Below, piece after piece: positions 38,440 to 51,559 of a stretch of DNA of 64,000 nucleotides. The position numbers were made by a program, and so were the translations under genes. Positions within the stretch are counted from its first letter, which is position 1, and every line of letters starts with the position of its first letter. The notes under the pieces were generated by a model, which was not told the DNA's origin, searched no databases, and saw nothing but the letters and a program-made list of their open reading frames with translations. The stretch covers positions 21,243,309 to 21,307,308 of the forward strand of contig NC_092379.1 of NCBI RefSeq assembly GCF_030028105.1, read 5' to 3'. Origin of the DNA: Mobula birostris (Eukaryota).

Positions 38440-38750
38440 GAATGTGGCATCTGTGTGGAGTTTGCACATTGACCATGTGATTGCTCCTGATTTTCCAGTG
38501 TGCTCTGGGTTTCTTCAACGTCCCAAAGATGTACCTGAGGTCAGTTAACTGACCGATTCAAATCACCCTCGGCGTACAGGTGAAGTGTTCTGCAGGTAGC
38601 AAGGTGGGGGGAGGAGTTGGTGATCCAGGGGTGTACATTGATGAGAATGCGAGGAGAACTTAAATAATGTGATTAATATTAGATTAATGTAACCGTGTGG
38701 TTGATGGTTGGTGAGGACTCTGGGCTGAAGAGACTTTTTCCATTGCTGAT
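38440..38750 (+). mobile_element. V-SINE/HE1-like SINE, degenerate
   Basis: tgtgtggagtttgcacatt ... tcccaaagatgtac ... aaatcaccct matches the central V-SINE-type domain as I recall it. Confidence 0.6.
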
Positions 38751-39134
38751 TCATTCTATGTCTCCATCTCTACAGGGACGGAGAAGAAAATCAATTGTAA
38801 GTGTTGCTTTGGATAACAATCACAGGAGGTGACTCTGTCCCAACTAGTTGAAGGACAGTGGAGGGACAGTAGAAGGAACTGGTGTGGAAAAGCATTTCCA
38901 AGTTTATTGATTATTCGAAAATGGATTAATAAACTTTATCACAGAGACATAGAATGTAATCAGTGTCTCTGGAGAATTGATTATTTCTGCTGAGTTAATT
39001 TTGTTTAGGAAATTCGAGCAACAGCATCTGTATGGGTTTATCCACATTGTCTTTACTTCTCCATGAAGATTGGAGATCAGAGTGAGATAGATTTCTTTCT
39101 ACTACTCCATTTGGTTTTCAACTATTAAATCCTC

Positions 39135-40435
39135 TCAGACTGGCTGCATCACAGACTGGAATGGAAACACCAATGTCCTTGAATGGAAAATCCTACAAAA
39201 GGTATTGGATATGGCTCAATCCATTACGGGTGAAGTCCTGCACACAAATGAACACATCTGCATGAAATGCTGCTGCAGGAAAGCTGCATCCATAATTATG
39301 AACCCCACCACCCAGGACATGCTCTCTTCTTGCTGCTTCCATCAGGAAGAACATACAGAAGCCTCAGGACTCACACCATCAGGTTCAGGAACAGCTATTA
39401 CCCCTCAACCATCAGGCTGTGAACCAAAGGGGATAAATTCACTCAACCTCACTTGTCCCATCATTGAATGAGTCCCCACCTGTGGACTCACTTTCAAGGG
39501 CTCTTCATCTCATGTTCTTGATATTTACTGTTTGTTTATTATTGTTACTTCTTTCTTTTTGTATTAGCACAGTGTGTTCTCCTTTGCACACTGGTTGGTA
39601 TGGTCTTTCATTGATTGTATTATGGTTATTATTCTATTATAGATTTATTGAGTATACCTGCATGAAAATGAATCTTGGGATTGTATATGATTATACTGGA
39701 CTCCATGAGCTTTGGGTACAGCAGGTCTATCACATCATGGAGCTGCTCGTTGTTCAGAGTAGCCGACCAGTGTTTTGGAGAAGGAGGGTCCGGTCTGTGG
39801 GTCGGAGAAGGAGCAGGCCAGCGGATCGGAGGAGCTGGATTGGGTTCAGTGGAGCTGACCTGGATGCAGACTCTGCTGTTGTCTGCTACTTGAAGGCTCT
39901 GGGGCACGAAGGCAACAGGCAGTGAAACCGTGAGTGACTGTCTTGAATGTTTCCCTTGTGATCGCAAGAGCTTGTTCAACATTGGTTTCCGCAAGCCTGT
40001 TTCCCTTCTTTGGTAGTGAGACAGACAGGAAAGTAGCAGTGTAGCATCAGTTTTAGCAAGGAATAGTACTCAAGCTGCGGGCTTGCCTGCTGTTGCAGTC
40101 CAGGTGAGGGTGGTGTAGTGTGGCATCCGCGCTCCGTTGAAGCGGGCCTTTCAGTGCTGCCCTCTGCTGTTCAATCAGAGGAATGACAGGTTAGGTTACT
40201 GGGAATCACCAGTTTGCTGGAATTTTCACTCAGGGCCTTGAACTTAAATTGTGTTTTCTTGTGTGACTCATTTTTTTCTTTCTCACTATCTTGAATGTGC
40301 TTATGTTTTGCACCTTGGCCCCAGAGGAACAGTGTCTCATTCAGCTGCATCCATGTATGGTTGAATGATAATTAAACTTGATTTAATTTGATATGGTGAC
40401 ATATATGTACTCTGATAATAAATTTATTTTGACCT
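39135..40435 (+). mobile_element. Rex1-type 3' fragment interrupted by a non-autonomous retroposon (about 39700-40390)
   Basis: KCCCRKAASII.NP, then the tail is split: gaatcttgggattgtatatg at about 39670 resumes as tatggtgacatatatgtactctgataataaat at 40391. Confidence 0.7.
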
Positions 40436-40619
40436 TTATTAAAACTGTAACTTCCTCAGGTCTGGAGAAATGTTTTGACCTGAGATATTGCTTTGTTTCT
40501 CTCTCCATAGGTACTGCCTGTCATCTATTTTCATGTGTTTGTCTATGATTTGCAACATTTGTGGTTAGCTTCCCTCAGTGACTGTTTCATTCTGCAAGTT
40601 GTAACTCAGATGACAATTT

Positions 40620-40900
40620 GGACTGAAGGTCATTTGCTTACTGCCCATTATGCTGCTGATGTTTAGGGCAGCAATGAAGGTCCTCCATCTCTGTCTGTAC
40701 TTGGCCATCTTCTCCATTGTGCCCCAGGTATGGTTCAGGGTCCTCATTTCTGCCTCTGTGATACGGTGCCACATTGCCTTTGGTCTCCTGTGTTTCCTCC
40801 ACTCTTCAGGGATCCAGTGAAGTCTTGATGATGGAATTGGCCTCATCACATTTCGAATCACCTCCAAAGTTTCCTCATAGTGATTGTGGCCATGTCTGCT
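40620..40900 (-). mobile_element. RTE-type LINE 3' end, inverted paralog of 32500-32840
   Basis: ORF 40565-40954: TWGTMEKMAKYRQRWRTFIAAL. Confidence 0.75.
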
Positions 40901-41547
40901 TAACATTTGTTCTTCATACAACACTATCTGTCTCACTGTTTTCTGCTCTCCCACTTTCCAATCTGAACCAGACTGTCTTTTGAATCAGCCCCTATTCTTT
41001 ATTAAGGAGTACAGTGGCTCATTTGTGTCCATGAAAAGCCTTCAATGATAAATAATTGGATTAAGTCAGCCAGCAGCAACCCCGTGAATTTAGACAGTAG
41101 TTTCAATATGGATTTGATCTGAACTCTTATTCATGGGACTGATCTTTAGCATTTTTTTGCCACTTTTGCTATTTTACAGCAGTGTCGACATGATCATTGG
41201 CATCTCATGAGTTCGCACACTTGGTGATACACATTGCCTGCCCAGCTACACTCCAGTTCATTCCCTCCACCACTGATGCACCATGGATATTGTCTGTCTG
41301 GTGTTTAAGAGTATTTTTCTTCTCTGTAATGCAATCTGAGCAGGTTTTATCTTGCTTCAGTGATGATTACATTCTGCCTGTGGTAGCCTAGATGTTAATT
41401 TGTACTGACATGATGCAGTTTCTTTTCAGCCATCAATGCTGCCGAAATCGCTGTGTTTCTCCAGCAGATTGTGCATTGCTCTGGATTCCAGCATCTGCAG
41501 TCTCTTGTGACTGAATTGAATTTGAATTGATGGAAAGCATCTGGTAC

Positions 41548-41778
41548 CTTGCAGTAACAACCTGTAACCTCTAGGGGTCAGAGGAACACCTCTGAAATAA
41601 GGTATTGTGGTTTAGGTCAAACTGGCTGCTGTGATAGCAAGCTCAAGCCACTAGGTGTCAGTGTTACAGACAGACAGAGAGGGGCTGCTGGATTGTTCTG
41701 GTGAAACAATGAACAGGAAGAGTCTATTGTGCCAGGAGATCCTGAGATGACAGGAGCTCTTCAGGTGAATATGTCACA
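41548..41778. repeat. Module M copy 5 (inverted relative to copies 1-4)
   Basis: ccttgcagtaacaacctgtaacctctaggggtcagaggaacacctc ... gagctcttcaggtgaatatgtcaca; 231 nt. Confidence 0.85.
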
Positions 41779-41839
41779 TTGCAATGTGACTTCCTCCCAC
41801 ACACTAAAGAATTAATTCACCAATGTAAATTGCCCTTAG

Positions 41840-42570
41840 TGTACATTGATAGAATCCTGCAGGGATTTAGCACAAATTATCCATGCCATCCAAGATGACA
41901 ATTGAAGCCAGTCCCATTTCCCAGTATTTGGTCCACAACCTTCCAAAATGTTCCTTTCCATGTGCCTGTCCAAATAACTTAGAAAAGTTGTTATTTACCG
42001 AACTCAACCAGTTCCTATGGTAGCATATTCCATATTTCCACAATTTCTTGAAGCACCTATTAAATCTTGGCCCTGTCAACTGAAATCTAAGCCCTCTGGC
42101 TCTCAATTTACCAATCTTAAGTAAAATTCTGAGTGGATTCAACACAGCTGCGTCCTCATGATTTCATCAAATCTCCCCTCGTTCTCCTACACTCCAAGGA
42201 ATAAAGCCTTCGCCTGTCCAAGTTCTCCCTATAACTCAGTCTGTAGACTCCTGACAGCATCCTTGTAAACCCTTTCTGCATTATTTCCAGTATAATTATA
42301 TCTTTCTTTCAGCTTGGTGAATAAAATGAACACAGTACTTCAAGTGCAGCCCCACCAGTGCCTTGTACAACTGCTCCATGACCACCCAACATTTAGAATC
42401 ACTGTTCTGTCTAAATAATTCCAGCAGGCCAAAACTATTCCTCACCATCCTATCTAACCCTGATAACACTCTCTGTGAACCATGTGCTTGAATTCCAATG
42501 TCCCTCTGTTCCACAACATTTCCCAGGGCCCAGCCATTTACCATGAATATCCTGCATTGCAACACCTCAC
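41840..42570 (-). mobile_element. CR1 3' fragment, inverted paralog of 30100-30830
   Basis: ORF 42296-42565. Confidence 0.8.
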
Positions 42571-42829
42571 ACTGATCTGAACTAAAAAAAAAACAGATGC
42601 TACTGCTCTGCCTATTTGCTCAGCTGATCAATATACTCCTGTAAGTTTCGATCATCTCCTTCGCAGTTCACTTTGCTACATACTTTAAGGTCATATACAC
42701 AGTTACTAAAGATGCCTTGTACATTCTTATCCAAATCTTTGATGCAGATGATAAACAACAGATGGCACAGCACTAATCCCTGAAGTCCGCCATTTCTCTG
42801 GATCTACTCCCTGTGGACCCAGAACTGTG

Positions 42830-43570
42830 TGGCCAGGTACAGCACCAACTCATCGACCAGCTTCAAGTTCCTCGGCACCCAATTCACCAGCAACCTCACC
42901 AGGTCCCTTCACACTGATGATGTGATCAAGAAAGCTCATTAGCATATTCCTTTTGTTACGTGTCGGAGATTTATTATGTCTGCCAGGTATCTCAAATTTC
43001 TACAGACTTGCGTAGAAAGCACCTCGACCACTTGCATCACACTCTTGTACGGCAACTCCTCTGCTCTTGACCGTCTGAACCCGAAGAGAGTGCTAAACAC
43101 AGCCCAGTCCATCAGAGGCTTGTTAATTCCTCCAATCCAGTCAGTCTTCACGGTGCATTGCCTCAGGAAGACTCGTGGTGTTGTCAAAGACGCATACTAT
43201 GCTGACCATTCCCTTTTCAGTCTTCTATATTCTGGAGAATGTCGAGAAGCTGGAAAACACGAATATCCAGACTGAAGAAAACCTTTCCCCTTGATATCAG
43301 TCTCCTGAGCGGATCAATTATTTCACATCCCCTTCCTGGTGGTGTTGCCACGTTCTCATACCATTCTCTTGTTCATTCTGTTTCTGACATTGTAGTGTGT
43401 TGTTTTGTGGCATTACCTCAGACTGCACAACAATCCTTGTAGCATTGTGCTGTTTCTCTGCCTATAAATGTATTTCCTATCATCATGTGTATTGGCAGCT
43501 CTATCAGTTTCACGTGAAGAAGGAATTTGATTACACCCTGGTGTGCATGGCAATAAACGAACCTAATTTA
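42830..43570 (+). mobile_element. Rex1/Babar-type LINE 3' fragment
   Basis: FKFLGTQFTSNL, FLQTCVESTSTTCITLLYGN...RVLNTAQSI, and the tail. Confidence 0.7.
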
Positions 43571-43589
43571 ATTTCATACCGTATCTGAG

Positions 43590-43960
43590 GGACCATTTTT
43601 AATAGGTATGTTTAATATTAGAGAAATGTATACAATATACATCCTGAAATTCTTTTTCTTTGAAAACATCCACGAAAACAGAGAAGTATCCCGAAGAATG
43701 AATGAGAGTTAAATTTAGAACCCGAAAGCACCCCTAGCTCCCCCCTCCCATGCACGAGCAGCAGAAAAGCAACGCGCCCCCTCACCGCCCCCAGCAAAAA
43801 AGCATTGGCACCCTCCACTGAACACGCAAGCATGTAGCAAAGCATCGCTAAAGACACAGACTTGCCGTACTCCAAACACTACTTGTTTGTAATTTACATA
43901 CCACAGGCTCTCTCGCTCCCTAATAGCAAAACATTAAACGAACACCACTGGTCTTCAGAG
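43590..43960 (-). mobile_element. Non-autonomous retroposon 3' part
   Basis: Minus-strand tail ...aagaatttcaggatgtatattgtatacatttctctaatattaaac; non-coding. Confidence 0.5.
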
Positions 43961-46275
43961 TCAGTTGACTCGACAGTCCAATTTCTCAGGGAAGACCGAA
44001 TGCAATGTTGTGCCCTGTTCAAGTCTCGACAAGCACTACGACGACAAGTATAGAGTTAAATACTATCACAATTAAATAATAATTAGCTGACACGTGCATA
44101 TTCACAAGCACAATTGCCGTATCTGCTGTGCTACCAATTCCGTGGTGGTGACAGGGCCGCCCTCTCTGGGCGCGGTCCTTGCGGCACGACAGACCTGTGT
44201 CTGCCGGAAGTGCCGGATCAGCGACGTGTCCAAGATGTCCTTCACCAGGATCCATGTACGTTCTTCTGGGCCATACCTGTCTCAGTTCACAAGGTACTGG
44301 ACGTTACCACGTACCCGGCGAGATGCTAGGAGGCGCCGCACAGTATAGACAAGGGAACCATCTACCGGAGGGGGAGGTGGGGTGACTGGGGCCAGGGGAG
44401 AAGTAGTAACCAGCTTGAGCTGGGAAATATGGAATACTGACTGGATCTTCAGTGATGCTGGTAGACGCAATCTTGTTGATAGCCTTTTCCACTACAAGCG
44501 GTCCCACGTAGCGTGGAGCCACCTTCCGGTTCTTGAGTTTTAGGGGGAGATCCCTTGATGCCAACCAGACCTCCTCTCCTGGCTTGACTGGCCTTATTTA
44601 TTGACGGAGCCGACCAGCCTGCCGAGAATGCTGGGCACGCAGCAGAGAAGCCCTGGCTCGTCTCCAGGTGCGCTGGTAGCGCTGGTCAGCTGTTCAGCAG
44701 CAGGAACTCCTACGACGATCTCATGATCAGGGAAGAGCGGGGACTGGAATCCCTTCTGGCATTCAAAGGGAGACATAGCGGTGCAGGACGACTGGAGGTT
44801 ATTGCGGGCGATCTCTAATTGGGAGCTCTAGGACGTGGAGTTGGAAGGGGCAAGACAGCGCAGGGTTGTCTCCAAATCCTGGTGCACTCTATCCATCTGG
44901 CCATTAGAAAGGGGGTGGAAGCCAGACGAGAGGCTGGCCGTGGCTTCTACAAGACAGCAGAAAGCCTTCCAAGAGAGGGAAGTGGTCCACGATCAGACGC
45001 TATGTCTTGAGGAAAGCCATGGAGCCTGAACACATGTTGAACCGTGAGTGTGGCAGTGTCACCAGCCGATGAGAGCTTGGGGAGGGCAATGAATTGGGCA
45101 GCCCTGGAATATCGATCCACAACGAGCAAAATGGTGGTGTTTCCATTAGACGGGGGCAGACCAGTGATGAAATCTACTGAGAGGTGAGACCAGGGGCTGT
45201 GGTGCACAGGCAATGGACATAACAGACCCGCAGGATGCTGGCATGATGTTTTGTTCCAACACAAGTGTGATGGGCAGATACAAAGTCGTGGACATCCTGG
45301 GAAATAGATGGCCACCAAAATTGTCTCCTTGTAAACTCCTAAGTTCGTTGAATTCCCGGATGTCCAGCCAGACGGGAGGAGTGACCTCATTCCAACACTT
45401 TGGACCGCACCGCAGCAGGGACAAACAGCCGGTTGGGAGGTCCCCCATCCGGGCCTGGATCTGATTGTTGGGCGGCCCTCACCTCTGCCTCTATTCCCCA
45501 CATCGCCGGAGCAGCGATATACGAGCGGGGAAGAATGGGCTGTGGATCAGCATTGTCCTCAGATCCATCGAACTGTCGGAAGAGAGTGTCGGCCTTTCTA
45601 TTCTTGATGCTGGGATGATGTGAAGATAAAACTGAAACCGTCTGAAGAAGAGAGCGCACCGGGTAGACGAGAGTTGAGTCTCTTAGCATCCTGAATATAG
45701 CAGAGGCTCTTGTGATCTGTCCACACCAAGAATGGATGCTCTTCCCCCTCCAGCCAGTGTCGACATTTCTCCAGAGTCTCCTTGACAGCCAGAAGCTCCT
45801 GGTTCCCAACATCATAAATCCTCTCGGCCGGAGTCAAGTGACGGGAAAGAAAGGCACAAGGGTGCAGCCGACTAACCGCAGTTGAGCGCTGAGAGAGGAC
45901 AGCTCCAATGCCCACATCGGATGCATCCACCTTGACAATGAATGACGAAGATGGGTCCGGCTGTTGCAGCAGCGGGGCAGCGGTGAAGCGTCGCTTTAGC
46001 TCCGAAAATGCTTGGTCGGCATCGTCCGTCCAATGGAATCCTGCCGAGGTCTTCTTGGTGAATGTATGAATTGGAGTCACAATAGAGCTGAAATTCCAGA
46101 TGAAGCGGTGATAAAAGTTTGCAAACCCCATGAAGCACAGTACCTGTTTAGCTGTAGATGGTTTGGACTACGCTGCAACTGCCTGAACTTTACTAGGGCC
46201 CATTTGAACTCTGGATGGGGTAAGTATATAACCCAAAAACGACACCTGGTCTTCACGGAAGTCACATTTTTCAGT
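43960..46275 (-). mobile_element. Gypsy chromovirus (Sushi-like) pol 3' half: RT end, RNase H, integrase, chromodomain, PPT and LTR remnant
   Basis: [30 protein letters not shown]...[19 protein letters not shown]...VVDRYSR, KVAPRYVGP...VFHISQLK, YTVRRLLASRRVRGNVQYLV...GPEERTW; purine tract then TGTCACC at about 44154. Confidence 0.92.
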
Positions 46276-49200
46276 TATAACATGCTGCGGGGTTTCACTG
46301 CTGTGTAACATGCTGTAAGATTTCACTGATAATGTAATGGTTTCTCTGTATCAGCAATGTTTGGGTTATGACTAGAGATAACGGGGTTTGGAATGCTGTT
46401 GTTCTTTCTTGTGAGCCTGGAAGAGAGATTTTCGCAGTGTTTTGCCGGAGGAAAATATGAGGAAAAAAGACGCGAATGGAGAGAGTTTATCACCGCTCGG
46501 GGTGGATTTGGGGCGACGGTCCGAAGAGCAGCGAGGATCGGAGGAGGTCGATGGTAGACGATCGACTTGTCTGTGACCTCCAACATAGCGCAACAGACTG
46601 TTTAATAAGATTGGGCCCTTTTTGCCTTTTTTTCGTTTCTTTACTGACCATATAGTCAAAGTAAGGATTGTAAAGCTTAATCGTTTAATCGCATATTGTG
46701 TACTGTTTGTTATTTCGGGGTACTGATTTGTAACAGGGGAGACATTGCGCAGCATCCACCCAAACAAGATTTCTGGAGTTTGGCCGGGCCAGGGGCTATC
46801 ACCCTCTATATTAAGCCGCTAGCCGAAGTGAGTGTTACAGTTGTGGGGTTACGTTCCAGATTGATTCAGTTGGATGCTGTGTGATTACCCTGAGCGATTA
46901 ACCAGTGGGGCAGATATTTGTACTCCGGATGAATTGTTAATTCCACTGTTAACTACTGTTGAAGTTTCAATTGTGGGAGGAGGTTTGATTAAATGGCGGA
47001 CGCAGCTCTCATTTTCATGCAGACCAGCGCTGAGGTAGCGGTAGCTGGGGGCAGAGAGTTCAAAGATAGGGTTTTCTCGTATCTGAGGAGAGAGGGGAAA
47101 GAGTGGTCGGATTTGGAATGTCTAATTAGTCCATGGCCCCCGGTGAAGAGAGTGAGAATTGTGAGTTAGTATCCGCCCTTACTTCTCTGGCGAATAAATG
47201 GAAACATCAGATTCAAAGTCCCAGCTATGGCAGGCTCCGCCGATTCTCAGGAATAACGCCCACCCCTATAGAGAAGGAGGAGTATGAGACTTGGGAGGAC
47301 CGGACCTCTCAGTTGTTAGATGAGGGGCAGTGTTCTGATGATGAAAACCAACAGAGATTGGTTGAAAGTTGGAATGGGTGGGGTTTCAGAACATGGGTCA
47401 GGAGAACGCGGCGGCGGCGCGGGAGGGCTCCGTCAGCAGGGTACGGTCCTCGGTAGTAGTCCCCTGCGGTGAAGTGACCACAGATAGCCTTCTCCGGGGA
47501 GCGGTAGAGGAGATTGTGGCAGAGTTGTGAACGGAGATATGTCGGCTGTTATTAGCGGGTGTGTACCCCCCATATGATGGAGCTGATGGGGGTGGCGGAT
47601 TCCCCAAGGGGACAAAGGGGACGAACAATGCGGAGGGCTGCCGGCAGCAGGTGTCACGCCAGAAGGAGAGTGAGTCCCCGGGTACCTCGGCAGGGAGAAT
47701 CGTTGGGAAAACCTAGAGGAGACCCAGTGACGAAACGGCCTGGTGTCTCTAGAGGGACACGTTCCCAGCAATGTACCAAGGAACCCCCGAAAGCGAAAGG
47801 CCCAATTCCTGAAGGCTAAGTGGGTCCATGCTCCAGTGTGTCGCAACGAATAGAGGGTATTTATGCTAAAGCCATGCTCGACACCGGGTCGCAGGTCACG
47901 TTCTTGTACCGTTCGTTTTACAACCGGTATCTGAAGCATTTACCATTGACACCATTCAGGGCACTGGAGACCTGGGGGCTTTGTGTTAGTGATTACCCAT
48001 CCGACGGTTATTTGTCAGTGAAGTAGGAGATCTCGGAGGTCTGAGGTCCTTGATACATTGTTGCTGGTTTGTCCGGACCCTGTTGAGAAGCGCGGCGTTT
48101 CAATCCTGGTGGGGACCAACACCACTCTTGTGAAGAGCTCATGGGAGCCTGCAAGGAGAAGGCTGGCGAGAGCTTTCTGGGAACATTGTCCGTATACCCA
48201 GGGTTTCGAGCTGCTTTCGAGGATGTGCGTGGCAGCATTGGGCTGGATACCAAATTTAAACGAGGGAATGTGTGGTTCATCCAGTCGAAGCCAATGGTGG
48301 TACGGCCTGGGGAAATAGCGAGAGTGATGGGGACCCCCAAAATTTCCTGGAGTGCCTGAGGGCAAAGCCCTCTTAGTGGAGGCTCCAGAAGACCACAAGG
48401 GGGAGTTTGGATTTTCTGCTGGGGTACTGGTGAGGCCCGAATTGCAGAAGCCCTCGGTTGTACAGGAACGCAGGATGGCAGTGATTGTCAGGAACACTAC
48501 GAAGAGGAGGTCACCTTCAAGCAGGGGATGCCCCTGGCGCATTTGTTGCCAGTGTCGGTAATGCCTAGTGCCCCAGTGCCCCTCTGAGACACGCCGGGAA
48601 GAAACTATTGGAATAGGGAGGAAGTTGACTGACTGTTGAGTCATCCAACTGTGGAGACTCCCCGGTTCCTGCGGGTTCGAAGAGAAGGCTGGTAGAGAAG
48701 ATGATGAAGCTAAAATGTTTATTTTCCACTGACGAGTTTGATATGGGTTGTTCCAAGAGTACGCGTCACACTATCTGGGTGACTGAGGATACCCTGTTCC
48801 GAGAAAGGTCGCGGTGATTGGCCCCTGCAAAGGTGAAGGATGTTCGGCAGCATTTGTGTAAGTTGAAGGAAGCTGGGATCATCACTGAGTCCCGAAGCCC
48901 CTATGCGTCCCCAATAGTAGTGGCCCGAAAGAAGACTGGGAAGGTATGGATGTGTGTGGCCTATAGGACTCCGAACAGGCGCACCATTCCTAACCAGTAT
49001 CATGTCCCACGGATTGAATACACGCTGGTCTGTCTGAGTGGTGCGATGTAGGATAGTATGCTGGACTTGAGGAGTGGCTATTACCAGATCCCCATGAGTG
49101 AAGCCGACAAAGAGAAAACGGCATTTACATGTCCGCTGGGATTTTTCCAGTTCGAAAGGATGCCCCAGGGCATCTCGGGAGCTCCGAAAACCTTCCAGTG

Positions 49201-51502
49201 GGTCATGGTGAAGACGGTGGATTATATGAACTTGCTTGAGGTATTGGTATATCTGAATGACCTCATAGCATTTGGATCCACCTTGGAAGAACATGAAGCG
49301 AGGCTGCTGAAGATGCTGGGCCGCCTGAAAGCTGAAGGGTTAAAACTTTCCCTGGACAAGTGCCAGTTCTGCCAAACGTCTGTTAGCTATGTTGGGCACA
49401 TAGTCTGATGATGGGGTAGCTACAGACCCAGCTAAGATCGAGGCGGTTACCACTTGGCCAAGACCCAAACTGTGAACGCTCTGCCTCGTTCCTCGGGTTC
49501 TGTGGTTACTATCCCAGGTTTGTGAAAGGCTACGTGAAAGTGAGTCCACCCTTTGAATCAGCTTCTGTGCGGTTACACTCACTGAGGGAAGAAAGGGAAG
49601 GGGAAAAAGGACGGGAGGGTGGAGAGTATGCACTTTTGGACCGACTCGGGATGCAAAATGTGAGGAGGCATTTCAGTCGCTGAAGGAGCTGCTGACCCAA
49701 GCGCCGGCGCTGGCTTTTGCAGACCTCTGATTACCGTTTGTGCTGCACACGGATGCTGCTGAGAGGGTTTAGGGGGCGTACTGTATCAGGACCAGAGCTC
49801 GGGGTTGAGGCCCGTTGTGTTTGTCAACCAGAGCCTGTCGCCCTCCGAAAAAAGCTATCTCACGCACAACTTGGAATTTCTGGCTTTGAAATAGGCGGTT
49901 GTGGATAAGCTGAGTGACTACCTCTGTGGGGGTAAGTTTGAGGTGAGGACGGACAACAACCCCCTAACTTATATCCTGACCTCGGGGAAATTGGTTGCCG
50001 CAGGCCATCGGCGGTTGGCGGCGTTGTCTGCCTGTGATTTCAGCCTGAAGTACCGGCCGGGAGGCAGGAACGTTGATGCTGATGCTTTGTCCGACAGGCG
50101 CATTAGGGACTGCTCAGAGACGTGGAGTGGGAGAACGTTCCTGCCCTGGGGGTGAAGGCCCTGTGTCAGTTTGCCATCACCGTGAAGGCAGAGGAAAAGG
50201 AGGGGCAGGAGCGTGCGGTGGATCTATTGGGGTCTTCTGATGACGCCATCCCCCAAGTTTATTGTAACCTGACTGATCTGAAGACAAATCAGAATTGAGT
50301 TCTGGGGCAATGGCTGCTGCTCAGCGAGATGATCCGGGCATTGGTACCATTTGGGCAGCGGTCAAAAGGGAGACATGGCTCAGGCGGAGAGGACGAAACA
50401 CGTGTCGGTGCCTCCATTACTACGAGAATGGCCTCGGCTGGAATTGAAGAACCAGATCTTATACCGGATCACGTCACCCCCAGCGTTGCCAGCTGGCTTT
50501 GCCCTAGAAGTATCGGAGGATAGCGTTGAAATTACTTCAAGATGATTCTGGACATTTGGGGGTGTAAAAGACCTGTAGATCGCTCTGTTTGCAGCGGGAC
50601 TCTGCAGGGGAGGAAGCGGGGTTTGATCATGAAACAGACGGCTCCAAGTTGCAGGTGGGCACGAGTGATAGATCTGGGGAGGCCTCACAAGGTAGACCAG
50701 AAGTTTCCCCCGTATTGTCGGAACCTGAAGAGGTAGATGATGGGGTGCGAACGTCTTAGAGAATTAGGGGATCACCAGATAGGTTGGCCTACGTAGCAGA
50801 AGCGGAACAGAGTGTGACCCCTACTGATTCGGGGAGCTGTGTCACTGCCCTTTACACCTAGATTGGGCTTTGTGTTTTGCGGGAAGGGTTGGCAAATTAC
50901 CTCAACGTCATGAGGACATGACTACATTTGGCGGGGGGAAGAGTGTAACATGCTGTAGGGTTTCACTGCTGTGTAACATTCTGTAAGGTTTCACTGATAA
51001 TGTAATGGTTTCTCTGTAGAAGCAATGTTTGGATTATGACTAGAGATAACAGGGTTTGGAATGCTGTTGCTATTTCCTGTGAGTCTGAAAGAGAGATATT
51101 TGTGGTCTTTTGCCGGGGAGAGATGAGGAGAGACGATGCGAATGGAGAGAGTTGGTAGACCGCCAGACGGGGTGGACTTAGAGCGAGGGTCCGAAGGTCA
51201 GCGACGATCAGAGGAGGTCGATGGTGAACGATCGGATTATCAGTGAACTCCAACATTGCGCAACAGACTGTTTCATAAGATTGGGCCTTTTTTTCTTTTA
51301 TTTTCGTTTCTTTTCTAACCATATAGTCATAGATAATCATAATACTTACTCGTTTAATCGCATAACTGTTTGTTATTTCGGAGTACTGATTTGTAACAGG
51401 GGAGACATTGCGCAGCATCTACCCAAACGAGATGTCTGAAGTTTGGCCAGGCCGGGGGCTATCACCCTCTATATTAAGCCGCTAGCCGAAGCGAGAGTTC
51501 CA
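46276..51502 (+). mobile_element. Gypsy LTR retrotransposon with PNMA-like gag and two LTRs (46276-46839, 50944-51502); integrase core deleted
   Basis: gag YGRLRRFSGITPTP..EEYETWEDRTSQLLDE; protease AMLDTGSQVT; RT SPYASPIVV, LDLRSGYYQI, VYLND; RNase H HTDA, VRTDNNPLTYIL; PPT gcggggggaagag before LTR2; degenerate Pro-type PBS after LTR1. No rve core is visible between about 50550 and the PPT. Confidence 0.92.
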
Positions 51503-51559
51503 CGTGGCAGTGTGATGTCGTACACAATTCACGTATTTATACACATAACCCATAATGAC

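Noticed and set aside
46990-47400. Domesticated PNMA-family host gene
   Set aside because: It lies between LTRs with pol, and is disrupted and partly deleted, so it is ordinary Gypsy gag.
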